Source: an uncultured euryarchaeote (GTDB taxonomy: Archaea; Thermoplasmatota; Poseidoniia; Poseidoniales; Poseidoniaceae). Taken from it: DNA of 49,091 nt. The DNA lies in the NCBI GenBank assembly GCA_937897365.1, contig CALCOP010000126.1:1-49091 (forward strand), given 5' to 3'. This document shows positions 15,823 to 24,856 of the stretch, one piece after another; the first letter of the stretch is position 1, and every line of letters starts with the position of its first letter. The notes beneath the pieces are model-generated. The model was given only the letters and a program-made list of their open reading frames with translations. It did no database searches and had not been told where the DNA came from. A program made the position numbers and the translations under genes.

Positions 15823-17389
15823 GCATCATGTCCAGAGCAATCCACGGCATAACACCAAACACGATGGTGAACACGGCGAGGATAATCATGGCCAACTTCT
15901 CAGGATTTGTGATATCTGGAACAGGCTCGCCATGCAGTGATTCTGGTGGTTGAGTTTCGTCGCCACCCTCGAAGATGGTTCGTTGCATCGACCAAAGATA
16001 GTAACCGGCTGTGATGGCGAGAACCAAAGCAGGACCAACCATCCAGAATACGCTCCAACCCTCTGCGGCGAGGAAATACCAGAGGGCGATGAGCATCATC
16101 AATTCAGCAACGAATCCTGCTAAGAGCGGTAGGCCAAGCGAGGCCATCCAGGCGAACATCATCGATGTTGCAAGCCATGGTGAATGTTTCGCCATACCAC
16201 GCATGGCACCGATTTCCATACTGTGATAGTGGTGTTTGAATGCACCACAAACCGCGAACAGCATAGGACTGATAATACCGTGAGCGAACATCATGAACAA
16301 TGCTGCTGCCCACCCCATTGGTTGCATAGTAGCAATTCCGATGAGAATGACCCCCATGTGAGACACTGAAGAATAAGCAACCATTTTCTTAAGATTAGTT
16401 TGACCCAAACAGACAACTGCACCCCAAACCAGTGAAACCATACCAATGGCCATCAAAACGAGCTGGAAATACTGTAGAGCATGCGGGAACAGACTGATTG
16501 GGAGCCTAAACATTCCGTAAGCACCCATTTTGAGCATAACACCAGCCAAGAGCATCGAACCGCCAGTCGGTGCCTGAACGTGAGCGTCAGGAAGCCAAGT
16601 ATGGAAAGGAACGGCCGGAAGTTTCACGAGGAAACCAAGCATCAACATGACGAACAATATTTTCTGAATATTGGCACCCAAGTACCAACCCTTACCGTTC
16701 TCATTCAGTGCATGTTGTGTAATCTCACCAATGTCAAACGTCCGGCCCGTTACCGAACCTGAATACTGTAAAGGATTGACAGGATCTTGGAAGAAGTAGA
16801 GGGTAATGAGTCCCAAAAGCATGATTACAGACGCTGTAAATGTATAGATGAAAAACTTCTGAGATGCATATTTTCGATCTTTACCACCCCACTTGAGAAT
16901 CAAGAAAAACATTGGAATTAATGTTAATTCCCAAAACACATAGAACATGAAAAGGTCAAGGGCGACAAAAACGCCAATGAGCGCCCCACCCATGGCCAAG
17001 ACGATTGGGAAGTAGAGTGCGCCATTCTTTTCATTCCATGTCGCAATAATCGTGACCGGAAGCAGGAATGTAGTCAGCCATACCATAGGGAATGAAAGCG
17101 CATCAAGTCCGACAGTCCAATGAATTCCAAGAGATTCAATCCAATTGTATCGATTGATGTAATTGTAGCTGTTAAATGATATTCCTTCCCATGAAAGGCT
17201 TCCGAAGTATTGGAAGAACAGCCCAGTTGTAATGACTAACATCACCAATGAAAAAATGAGAGTTGCCATTCGTATCGGGTTCGATAACCGCTTTCTCATA
17301 GCGTCGTCCGCATTTGAAACAAAAGCAAGCAAGACGATGCTGGCTACCAACGGGAATCCAACGAGCGGCATAGAAATCCAGTCTTGCAT
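15752..17389 (-). CDS. nuoM: NADH-quinone oxidoreductase subunit M
   Basis: NuoM/ND4 motifs FVFWELTLIPMFFLI, KLPAVPFHTWLPDAHVQAPTGGSMLLAGVMLKMG and AYSSVSHMG. Confidence 0.9.
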   Translation of the reverse strand: MQDWISMPLVGFPLVASIVLLAFVSNADDAMRKRLSNPIRMATLIFSLVMLVITTGLFFQYFGSLSWEGISFNSYNYINRYNWIESLGIHWTVGLDALSFPMVWLTTFLLPVTIIATWNEKNGALYFPIVLAMGGALIGVFVALDLFMFYVFWELTLIPMFFLILKWGGKDRKYASQKFFIYTFTASVIMLLGLITLYFFQDPVNPLQYSGSVTGRTFDIGEITQHALNENGKGWYLGANIQKILFVMLMLGFLVKLPAVPFHTWLPDAHVQAPTGGSMLLAGVMLKMGAYGMFRLPISLFPHALQYFQLVLMAIGMVSLVWGAVVCLGQTNLKKMVAYSSVSHMGVILIGIATMQPMGWAAALFMMFAHGIISPMLFAVCGAFKHHYHSMEIGAMRGMAKHSPWLATSMMFAWMASLGLPLLAGFVAELMMLIALWYFLAAEGWSVFWMVGPALVLAITAGYYLWSMQRTIFEGGDETQPPESLHGEPVPDITNPEKLAMIILAVFTIVFGVMPWIALDMMHDWTAEIFKGLILPILGGFNGGA

Positions 17390-19681
17390 TCAAGCCACCC
17401 CCCAAATGAGTAAGAAGAGTGCAAGAGTTCCAACGGCAACCATGAGAATGTAATCTCGAGCCGAACCAGTTGTCATCGAGCGAACGATGGTCGAGAGGGA
17501 TTGCGAACCGCTTTCAATTGCTTTGATTGTGCCATCGATGACTTCTGCATCAGTTTCTGCAACTTTATTGGAAAAGCCTGCAACGATGTTGATCATTGCT
17601 TTGTCGTAGTATTCATCGATGTAAAGTCGATTCTCAAGAGCAGTGGCTAATGTTGATTCTCGAAGTGCAGTGTTATCGAAATGGAAACGATCGTTGAACC
17701 ATGCGCTGAGTGCGATAATGGGTCGCATCCATGGCTTGGCTTCTTCACCTTCTGCGAGTTTACCGCCGTAAAGAGCCATGGCAAGTCCTGGACCGACAAT
17801 TGCACCCATGAAGATGGCAATGTAGGTGAGGATGAAGAAGAAAATATCTGAGTTTGCAAAGGCGTGGTCCATTTCATAGATGATGCCATCAAGTAAGTTC
17901 CTTTCTGAAAGGAAACTGTATTCGGTATCCGATGCCCAGTGGGTAAAGCCCATTCCAGCAAAGATGATTGATGAGAGTGTGACAAAGGTGAGAATAAACA
18001 GCGGCGTCTTAATCCAAGTATTGGTTGGTCCGACGTGTGCAGCAACCTCATTGTTTGGCTTTCCTGCAAAGGTCTTGAACCACATTCTTGACATGTAAAA
18101 GCCAGTCATTGCAGCACCGATGAGAACGCACATAGCGGGGAGAAGGAAGCGGGGGTCATTTTGGGCAACTCGCCAAGCGTTGGCAATGATACCTTCTTTG
18201 GACCAGAATCCACCGATGAGAGGCAATCCCATAATGGAAGCAGAACCAACCAGCATTGCAGTAGCGGTGATCGGCATTTTCGATGCAAGGCCTCCCATAT
18301 TTTCCATAGACTGCGCATCGAAGTGGTCATCGTGGTGATCATCATGGTCATCGTGATGGTCATCGCCGTGGTCGTCATGATGGTCATCATGGTGATGCAG
18401 GTGGTGATGAGCGTGGTGGACTTCGTGAATAACAGAACCACTCGCCATGAACAGCATTCCTTTGGCCATAGCGTGATTAAACAAATGGAACAGTGCAGCA
18501 CCGAAAGCGACAATGACAATGTAATGGTCCTTGTCATTATGATGCCAGTCAAGGGTATTGGCGAGATACATAGCGCAACCCAAGCCGGTGAAAATGTAGG
18601 CGAGTTGACTCATGGTCGAATATGCTAACACTTTCTTCAGATCCATCTGGACAAAAGCAATCGCAGCAGCCATGACCGCAGTAATACCTCCTATGGAGGC
18701 AATGACGAAAGCGAGGTCATCTAAGTCTCCGTGTAAGGATTCCGCACCGAAGAATGGGAACATGCGGGCTACCAGATACAATCCAGCGTTGACCATGGTC
18801 GCAGCGTGAATCAAAGCTGAGACTGGTGTTGGGCCTTCCATTGCGTCTGGCAACCAAACGTGGAGTGGGAATTGAGCAGATTTACCAACCGCACCAATGA
18901 ACATCAAACCAAGTGCCCATTGGAGCGTTCCAGCAGATTCTGCCGCAACTGCATCAATATTTTCTGTTGCAAAGACAACAGCGTAGTCAAGAGAACCGAA
19001 CAGGTCCCAAAGCATAACCAATCCAATCATCAAAAAGACGTCACCAATACGTGTGGTCAGGAATGCTTTCTTTGCAGCGGAGGCTGCACTTGGGCGTTCG
19101 TAATAGAATCCAATCAGCAGATAGGAACAAAGCCCCATAATTTCCCAGAAGATGAAGAGCCAGAGGAACGAATCAGCCAGAACCATTCCGAGCATTCCTG
19201 AACAGAACAAAACAAACTCTGCATAGAATCGATGATTACGATTGTCGTTGATTGGGTCAGTATTCATGTAACCAATACTGAACGTGTTGATGAGCAGACA
19301 CAAGAAGGAGGCAACAAAGAGCAACATTACTGTGATGTGATCAACGTATATTCCAAAACCAAGTGAAACGGGTTCAATCATACTGCCACCGTTCCATACG
19401 CCTGTATTGACCCAAGCGATTTGTTCGAAGATTTGGTCTACTCCGGAATTACCTTTCAAAAACTCAGAAATGAGTAAAAGAGAGAGTACGAGGCTGGCCG
19501 CCATTACAGGTAGGGCAATGAGGCCACCTTCCTTGAGGTTCTTTTTCCAAAACGGGTGCCCATTGAAGATATGTCCAAGGAATAAAATGACCGCAAAGGC
19601 CATCATTGGTAGCAGAATAATCAGTGGCGCGAATTGCATCCATTCTGAATGAACAAGAGGTGCTGATTCTTTACTTGCCAT
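17390..19681 (-). CDS. nuoL: NADH-quinone oxidoreductase subunit L, with a His/Asp-rich loop insertion
   Basis: NuoL/ND5 motifs FIFWEIMGLCSYLLIGF, GKSAQFPLHVWLPDAMEGPTPVSALIHAATMV and AYSTMSQLAY. 763 aa including the 35-aa H/D tract. Confidence 0.9.
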   Translation of the reverse strand: MASKESAPLVHSEWMQFAPLIILLPMMAFAVILFLGHIFNGHPFWKKNLKEGGLIALPVMAASLVLSLLLISEFLKGNSGVDQIFEQIAWVNTGVWNGGSMIEPVSLGFGIYVDHITVMLLFVASFLCLLINTFSIGYMNTDPINDNRNHRFYAEFVLFCSGMLGMVLADSFLWLFIFWEIMGLCSYLLIGFYYERPSAASAAKKAFLTTRIGDVFLMIGLVMLWDLFGSLDYAVVFATENIDAVAAESAGTLQWALGLMFIGAVGKSAQFPLHVWLPDAMEGPTPVSALIHAATMVNAGLYLVARMFPFFGAESLHGDLDDLAFVIASIGGITAVMAAAIAFVQMDLKKVLAYSTMSQLAYIFTGLGCAMYLANTLDWHHNDKDHYIVIVAFGAALFHLFNHAMAKGMLFMASGSVIHEVHHAHHHLHHHDDHHDDHGDDHHDDHDDHHDDHFDAQSMENMGGLASKMPITATAMLVGSASIMGLPLIGGFWSKEGIIANAWRVAQNDPRFLLPAMCVLIGAAMTGFYMSRMWFKTFAGKPNNEVAAHVGPTNTWIKTPLFILTFVTLSSIIFAGMGFTHWASDTEYSFLSERNLLDGIIYEMDHAFANSDIFFFILTYIAIFMGAIVGPGLAMALYGGKLAEGEEAKPWMRPIIALSAWFNDRFHFDNTALRESTLATALENRLYIDEYYDKAMINIVAGFSNKVAETDAEVIDGTIKAIESGSQSLSTIVRSMTTGSARDYILMVAVGTLALFLLIWGVA

Positions 19682-19690
19682 TCAATCACC

Positions 19691-19993
19691 TCAGTTCTTC
19701 AAAACATCGACATCGTCCAAAGATATCGTCTCGTGTTGCCCATAAACGGCAAGGAAAATAGCCAGACCTATCGCAACTTCACTGGCTGCAATTGCAATAG
19801 CAAAAAGAGTGTAAACCCATCCTGTTGTGTCACCATGATGTACTGCTGCTGCTGCAAATTGCATGTTTGCAGCGTTAAGCATCAATTCAATGCACATGAG
19901 GACAATGATGGCGTTTTTTCGAGTGAAGGCGCCACCTAAACCAATGACAAACATCAATGCGGAAAGGCCAGAAACTAATGCTGGATCAATCAT
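19691..19993 (-). CDS. nuoK: NADH-quinone oxidoreductase subunit K
   Basis: 100 aa with three TM helices. IVLMCIELMLNAANMQF and AASEVAIGLAIFLAVY are typical of NuoK/ND4L. Confidence 0.9.
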   Translation of the reverse strand: MIDPALVSGLSALMFVIGLGGAFTRKNAIIVLMCIELMLNAANMQFAAAAVHHGDTTGWVYTLFAIAIAASEVAIGLAIFLAVYGQHETISLDDVDVLKN

Positions 19994-20259
19994 TCTTCTT
20001 CGCCCCCAAATTCCCAGAGAAGATTCTCCATTCGTTCGTCCCGAACAAGATAAGCAGCACCAATCATAGCAAGAGACATCAAGATACCGAGAATGAGTAG
20101 CGGCAAAATCCAGTCTGACAAAAGAGAATCAGCAAGACCACTGGTCGTTGGATACTCATCACTGCCATTCGCCCAAACGCTGTCAGCGCTCAAAACTGAC
20201 ACTAAAATCATGCCAAGGGCAAGTAAACCCATACGAGTGAAGAGTGAAACCAGTTTCAT
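19990..20259 (-). CDS. nuoJ: NADH-quinone oxidoreductase subunit J, C-terminal half (split nuoJ2)
   Basis: 89-aa two-TM protein. ATGA overlap with the upstream nuoJ1 and 4-nt overlap with nuoK. Its position in the operon matches the split nuoJ seen in archaeal operons. Confidence 0.6.
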   Translation of the reverse strand: MKLVSLFTRMGLLALGMILVSVLSADSVWANGSDEYPTTSGLADSLLSDWILPLLILGILMSLAMIGAAYLVRDERMENLLWEFGGEEE

Positions 20260-20531
20260 TCAAAATCCTCCTCTAAGATTTGACGGCGAGTCAACATGAT
20301 ACCGAACAGAACGACCAAACCGACACTTGCAAGATAAACCAAAATTTGAATTGCGGCCAAAAATTCTGCCCCTAATAGAATGAAAATACCAGAGACTGCC
20401 ATGAATGAGAAAATGAGTGAAAGCATCGAGTGAGCCACCCTTTGAGCAAGGACCAAACCGAGAGCACCAAGAATCGCTATTGTGGCGAACAAAAAGAAAA
20501 CGCCAGTTTCAGCGATGCTTGCAATATCCAT
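20256..20531 (-). CDS. nuoJ: NADH-quinone oxidoreductase subunit J, N-terminal half (split nuoJ1)
   Basis: Start taken at MDIASIAETGVFFLFATIAILGALGLVLAQR (ATG 20531, 1 nt after the nuoI stop). LGAEFLAAIQILVYLASVGLVVLFGIML is NuoJ/ND6-like. The ORF-track extension to 20723 overlaps nuoI. Confidence 0.7.
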   Translation of the reverse strand: MDIASIAETGVFFLFATIAILGALGLVLAQRVAHSMLSLIFSFMAVSGIFILLGAEFLAAIQILVYLASVGLVVLFGIMLTRRQILEEDFE

Positions 20532-20532
20532 C

Positions 20533-21519
20533 TCACGCACCTTCTTCTGCTGCAGCCTTTGCAGCCTTCGCTGCTTTCTTCTCGCGCTTGGTGCGTTCTT
20601 TGGTCGCACGCTTAGCAAGTTCAGTATCGACTGCTTCTTGGTGAATAGAGGGGAGTACGCGTGTTCGGCTTGCATCAAACCACAACTCTTGGCGTGAGAA
20701 ACCAGACATTCCATCGTATTCATTGGTCATGAAGAAGGATGTAAAGCCACATGCTTCCATACAAAGTCCGCAGAACATACAGCGACCCAAGTCGATTCGA
20801 CCGGAGACGATTTGGTCATCAGCAACACGAAGGTCAGATTGCTCGATGACTGCTTCTTCTCCAGAATCATTCCATCGGACAGTCGCTGTGCTGCCTGAGA
20901 GGTCGAGAACTTCTGCAAAGCGCCACTCATTTGGCGTATCACTGTGTGCCGTAACGTGATTGAAATCATCGAGAGTTGCTGCAACTTCGGGTAGAAGTGT
21001 AGCAGCATGGCCACCAACTTCCAACTCGCTACCCATCCCACCATGTTCACCATCTGCTCCGTCCAAAACGTCAACGCGCAGTTCTGTAGTCATGTGAAGA
21101 CAGTCATTCGGACATGCTGTAACGCACAATTTGCACGCAGTGCATGTCTCCCAAATTACACCGATTCTTCCGTTATAGTTGCCTGGAACAAAGAGCCAAG
21201 GTTCCATTTCTTCGAGACGTTCGTAAGGATACTGAACTGTTTGAGGTTTCCAGAGTGTCGGAAACAAATCCGATGTAACTCGGTCAGGTGCGAATGTTTG
21301 TACACTGACATCGTTGAACTCAGAGGTCTTTGAAGCGCGTGTTTTACTGCCCGAATCAAGGAATTCCGGGTGTTCAGTGTTGTGATAGCCCCAATCCAAT
21401 TTCTTGCCTAACCACTTTCCGAAAAATGGGAATGTGCGAAGTGCAGTAATCAGTGTAATCTTAAACGGATACCAGAAAAGATTTCTGAAATTCGGTTTTG
21501 CGTGTGGATGCATTGGCAT
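20533..21519 (-). CDS. nuoI: NADH-quinone oxidoreductase subunit I (2x[4Fe-4S] ferredoxin-type), expanded
   Basis: CTACKLCVTACP (C126, C129, C132, C136) and CMFCGLCMEAC (C247, C250, C253, C257). 328 aa, with an N-terminal hydrophobic segment, a long inter-cluster insert and a Lys/Ala-rich tail. Confidence 0.85.
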   Translation of the reverse strand: MPMHPHAKPNFRNLFWYPFKITLITALRTFPFFGKWLGKKLDWGYHNTEHPEFLDSGSKTRASKTSEFNDVSVQTFAPDRVTSDLFPTLWKPQTVQYPYERLEEMEPWLFVPGNYNGRIGVIWETCTACKLCVTACPNDCLHMTTELRVDVLDGADGEHGGMGSELEVGGHAATLLPEVAATLDDFNHVTAHSDTPNEWRFAEVLDLSGSTATVRWNDSGEEAVIEQSDLRVADDQIVSGRIDLGRCMFCGLCMEACGFTSFFMTNEYDGMSGFSRQELWFDASRTRVLPSIHQEAVDTELAKRATKERTKREKKAAKAAKAAAEEGA

Positions 21520-21530
21520 GATAGATCACC

Positions 21531-23051
21531 TCAGTCTTTTCCCGGAGTATGCGTTCCCGCGGGCTGTAATGTGTAAACGTGATACATTCTGTCTGGAGCT
21601 GCGTCCTTATCTTCATCATTGAGAAGAACAAAGAAAACACCGAGCCAGAACACTGTTGTAACCAGTGGGATAAGGAGGGGGATGCCAAAAGCATCCCATG
21701 CATTTCCACCCTCTGGGGTGTAAGACATGTTTTCTGGTTTGAAGAGGTAAAGGCGATACACGGCTGAGAGAACCACCTGAACAACTGAAAGTGGCAACAA
21801 CATTCGCCAACCGAACTCAAGAATCTGGTCGGTTCGAATACGGGCAAGTGAGAAACGAGCCCATACAAAGACGACTAAGAAGACAAGCCATGTCTTGAGG
21901 AGAACGACGACGGCACCTGGAATCAAAACATAGAGCTCCCCAAGCCCTGGACTTATTTGACTAACAGTGCCTTGGAAAGGTAAATGCCATCCACCAAGGA
22001 AAAAGTGTGTAAACAGGAAACAGGCTGCATAGGTTCGAATATATTCCGCCATAAACAGCATTCCAAATCGCATACCTCCGTATTCAGTCCACCATCCTTC
22101 AACCAGTTCAGCCTCAGCTTCTGGCATGTCAAACGGAACACGCTCGACTTCAGCAATCATCGTCACGAGGAATAAAACAGCGCCCAGTGGCATCAAAAAG
22201 AGATTCCATGAACCTGCTGCGTGTTGGAAATGAATGCTGTCAATGATGTTGAAAGTTCCTGAAAGAATTGCAACAGAAAGAAGTGTAAGAAGGAGAGGTA
22301 TCTCATAAGCAGTCAACTGAGCTGCAGAGCGTATTCCACCAATCAAGGTGTATTTGTTGTTTGAAGACCATCCTGCAAAGAAAACTCCAATTGGAGCGAT
22401 ACCAAAAATAGCAATGGCATAAAGGATTGACAAATCAGGATTGGTCGCATAGATCCCGCTGGATAGGGGTATGATTCCGAGAATAAGGAGGGTTGACGAG
22501 ACAATAAGGAAAGGCGAAACCTCGAAGATAAGTTTGTCTGCTCGGCGAGGAACCATGTGTTCTTTGAGCAAAAATTTCATTCCGTCAGCGACATTTTGGA
22601 AGAAACCTGGGAGAATCGAATAACCCATCCATGAGCGGTTGTTCACGCGATCCACCGTTGCAAAATTTTCGTCACGATTTCCAAAGCGCTTGTTGAGGAA
22701 TTTGTTGATTGCGCCCACAATGTTGCCGCCAAAAGGTAGCATCTTCCACCATTCACCTGCAGTCACTCCGTTTTCTCCTACCCAAAGCGAACGTAGGGCA
22801 GTCGTCGCACCCCGGCGGTCGTTCATTCGAGCGACCGCCTTACGCTCAATCCAAAGAATTGCGAATTGACTGAAGAACAGCATAAGGAAAACGATATTGA
22901 CGGCTGCAAAGGTTCCGACTAAGAAGGCTAAATCTGAAGCGCTATCCTCGAGAGGAGTTCCTTCAACTGCAGTGGTAATCAGGGACGAAATGAGACTATC
23001 CTTTCCGAGGAAAAGGCTACGTAAGTCGTATATGTCGTCCATGGCAATCAC
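21531..23051 (-). CDS. nuoH: NADH-quinone oxidoreductase subunit H, expanded
   Basis: NuoH/ND1 motifs WIERKAVARMNDRRG, FFQNVADGMKFLLKE, PFDMPEAEAELVEGWWTEYGGMRFGMLFMAEY and WARFSLARIRTDQ. Starts at GTG 23051 or ATG 23042. Confidence 0.85.
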   Translation of the reverse strand: MIAMDDIYDLRSLFLGKDSLISSLITTAVEGTPLEDSASDLAFLVGTFAAVNIVFLMLFFSQFAILWIERKAVARMNDRRGATTALRSLWVGENGVTAGEWWKMLPFGGNIVGAINKFLNKRFGNRDENFATVDRVNNRSWMGYSILPGFFQNVADGMKFLLKEHMVPRRADKLIFEVSPFLIVSSTLLILGIIPLSSGIYATNPDLSILYAIAIFGIAPIGVFFAGWSSNNKYTLIGGIRSAAQLTAYEIPLLLTLLSVAILSGTFNIIDSIHFQHAAGSWNLFLMPLGAVLFLVTMIAEVERVPFDMPEAEAELVEGWWTEYGGMRFGMLFMAEYIRTYAACFLFTHFFLGGWHLPFQGTVSQISPGLGELYVLIPGAVVVLLKTWLVFLVVFVWARFSLARIRTDQILEFGWRMLLPLSVVQVVLSAVYRLYLFKPENMSYTPEGGNAWDAFGIPLLIPLVTTVFWLGVFFVLLNDEDKDAAPDRMYHVYTLQPAGTHTPGKD

Positions 23052-23052
23052 C

Positions 23053-24192
23053 TTAACGGTCGGTTTCTCCTATACAAGGGTCAAAACTACCCATTATCGC
23101 AGGAATATCTGCAATTTTGTAGCCAATCATCGTTTTTGCAACATAAGGAATCGTGATAAACATTGGAGAGCGAATCGACACTCGGTAAGGATTCTTACCT
23201 CGGCTATCGCCCCCGCCCTGAATATAAAATTGAGATGCTCCTCGAGTACATTCGTAATTGCTGAATCCGGTAGCACCTTCTGGTGCTCGAGTAGGTGCCT
23301 TCGTGAAAATCATCTCATCACCGTTCGCATAGTTCGTGTTCTTGCCACCTGGGATTTTATTCAGTGCATCGAGGACCATTCGGCATGATTGGCGCATTTC
23401 TTCCATGCGTACTCGATAACGGTCGTAACAATCAGCACCTTTGACTGAAGTTGGTTTCTCCACCGCAGGCTCCCAGTCGACTTCATCGTATACTGAATAC
23501 GGGTGAGCCCAACGAACATCATAATTCACGCCCGCAGCACGGACGTTTGGCCCAGATACGCCAGCATCAACCATTGATTCTGCATTCGCATATCCAACTC
23601 CTTGAAGACGAACAAGCCATATCGTCGATTCATCGAGCATCATTTCGTATTCATCTAAACGCTTCTCGAACAATTTTGTCTTCGCAATGACTCGGTCTGC
23701 AAAACCAATAGGCATATCGCGCTTTACTCCACCAATACGTGGATAGTTGTAGTGCATCCGAGAACCACCGAGTTCTTGCAGTAGATCAAGGAACATCTCA
23801 CGGTCACGCATGCACCATGTCATGAGGGTTAAGTTTCCGATATCGGGTCCGAAAGCACCGAGCCACATCAAGTGAGATGCAAGTCGTTGGAGTTCTGCAG
23901 ATATGAGACGAATATATTCCGCTCGAGCGGGTACGTCTGCTTCCAGCAAATCCTCGGCAGCATAAATGTAGGAGTTGGCCCACGTCATTGCGCTTACATA
24001 GCAAAGGCGGTCACAATAAGGCGTGATTTGAGTGAAGTCACGTGCTTCACAGATTTTTTCGACGCCACGATGGATGTATCCCAGTTCAGCCTCAGTATCG
24101 ACGACGGTCTCACCGTCGACTTTGACACGTAATGTCCACAATCCATGGGTCATTGGGTGCTGAGGCCCCATTGTAATCCACATTTGTGCCAT
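23053..24192 (-). CDS. nuoD: NADH-quinone oxidoreductase subunit D (49-kDa/NiFe-hydrogenase large-subunit-like)
   Basis: MGPQHPMTHGLWTLRVKVDGETVV, GYIHRGVEK, RLASHLMWLG and the C-terminal DPCIGETDR are NuoD signatures. Confidence 0.9.
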   Translation of the reverse strand: MAQMWITMGPQHPMTHGLWTLRVKVDGETVVDTEAELGYIHRGVEKICEARDFTQITPYCDRLCYVSAMTWANSYIYAAEDLLEADVPARAEYIRLISAELQRLASHLMWLGAFGPDIGNLTLMTWCMRDREMFLDLLQELGGSRMHYNYPRIGGVKRDMPIGFADRVIAKTKLFEKRLDEYEMMLDESTIWLVRLQGVGYANAESMVDAGVSGPNVRAAGVNYDVRWAHPYSVYDEVDWEPAVEKPTSVKGADCYDRYRVRMEEMRQSCRMVLDALNKIPGGKNTNYANGDEMIFTKAPTRAPEGATGFSNYECTRGASQFYIQGGGDSRGKNPYRVSIRSPMFITIPYVAKTMIGYKIADIPAIMGSFDPCIGETDR

Positions 24193-24201
24193 AACAATTC
24201 C

Positions 24202-24855
24202 TCACTTTACGCGACCCTCGTCGACAGGTTTACGGATGAACCCTTGGGCATCATCATACATCTCGTTATGATCGTGATAGCGGATTTTGTGCTGTTTTTG
24301 CAACGGATGGAATCCTTCAGGGCTATCGTTAGGATTCAATACTCTGTGCATATTATCATGGCCTTCAAATTTGATACCTACCAAATCCCACGTTTCCTTC
24401 TCATTCCAATCCGAACCAACCCAAATGTTCTGTATTGTGGGAACAGTAGGTGAATCGCCTTGAGGGAGTGGTATGAACACTTCAAACTCCATTGGAACCT
24501 CAAGTCCAGAGAGGGCTTCAACATCGTGGACAGTGCACGTGTTTGGCTTCTGGTCTTGAATCGGTTGGCGGAGGAAATGATACGCTACTTCCCATCCTCG
24601 TTCAGGGGAACCTTCAGGGAAATGGGTGCCTGTGACCATAGAACAATAATTGACTCCAAGGTCATATTTCATCCATTTTGCGAGAGCAATCCAATGCTGA
24701 GGTGGGCAAATAATTCGAACAAAAGCATACTTTTTCGCGTTCGAATGATGTTCGACAGTGACATCGATTCCACTGCCGCCAAACCGATCTACAAGGGCGC
24801 CTTTGCATGCTTCAGCAGCTGCTGAATTTTGTTCAGGAGTGATTGATCCTACCAT
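24202..24855 (-). CDS. nuoC: NADH-quinone oxidoreductase subunit C (30-kDa)
   Basis: 217 aa. WNEKETWDLVGIKFEGHDNMHRVLNP is the conserved NuoC core. Sits between nuoB and nuoD. Confidence 0.85.
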   Translation of the reverse strand: MVGSITPEQNSAAAEACKGALVDRFGGSGIDVTVEHHSNAKKYAFVRIICPPQHWIALAKWMKYDLGVNYCSMVTGTHFPEGSPERGWEVAYHFLRQPIQDQKPNTCTVHDVEALSGLEVPMEFEVFIPLPQGDSPTVPTIQNIWVGSDWNEKETWDLVGIKFEGHDNMHRVLNPNDSPEGFHPLQKQHKIRYHDHNEMYDDAQGFIRKPVDEGRVK

Positions 24856-24856
24856 C

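Noticed and set aside
18106-18628. 148-aa (-) and 155-aa (+) ORFs rich in T/M/I or V/M/I
   Set aside because: They are alternate-frame and antisense products of the degenerate repeat that encodes the NuoL His/Asp tract. They lie fully inside the well-supported nuoL frame.
20532-20723. N-terminal 64 codons of the ORF-track nuoJ (MNTMECLVSHAK...)
   Set aside because: They overlap the 3' end of nuoI in another frame, across its Lys/Ala tail. The NuoJ-like hydrophobic sequence begins at Met65 (ATG 20531), 1 nt after the nuoI stop.
21461-21868. 135-aa minus-strand ORF spanning the nuoH/nuoI junction
   Set aside because: It is an alternate frame of the nuoH 3' end and the nuoI 5' end. Both neighbours have strong family motifs in their own frames.
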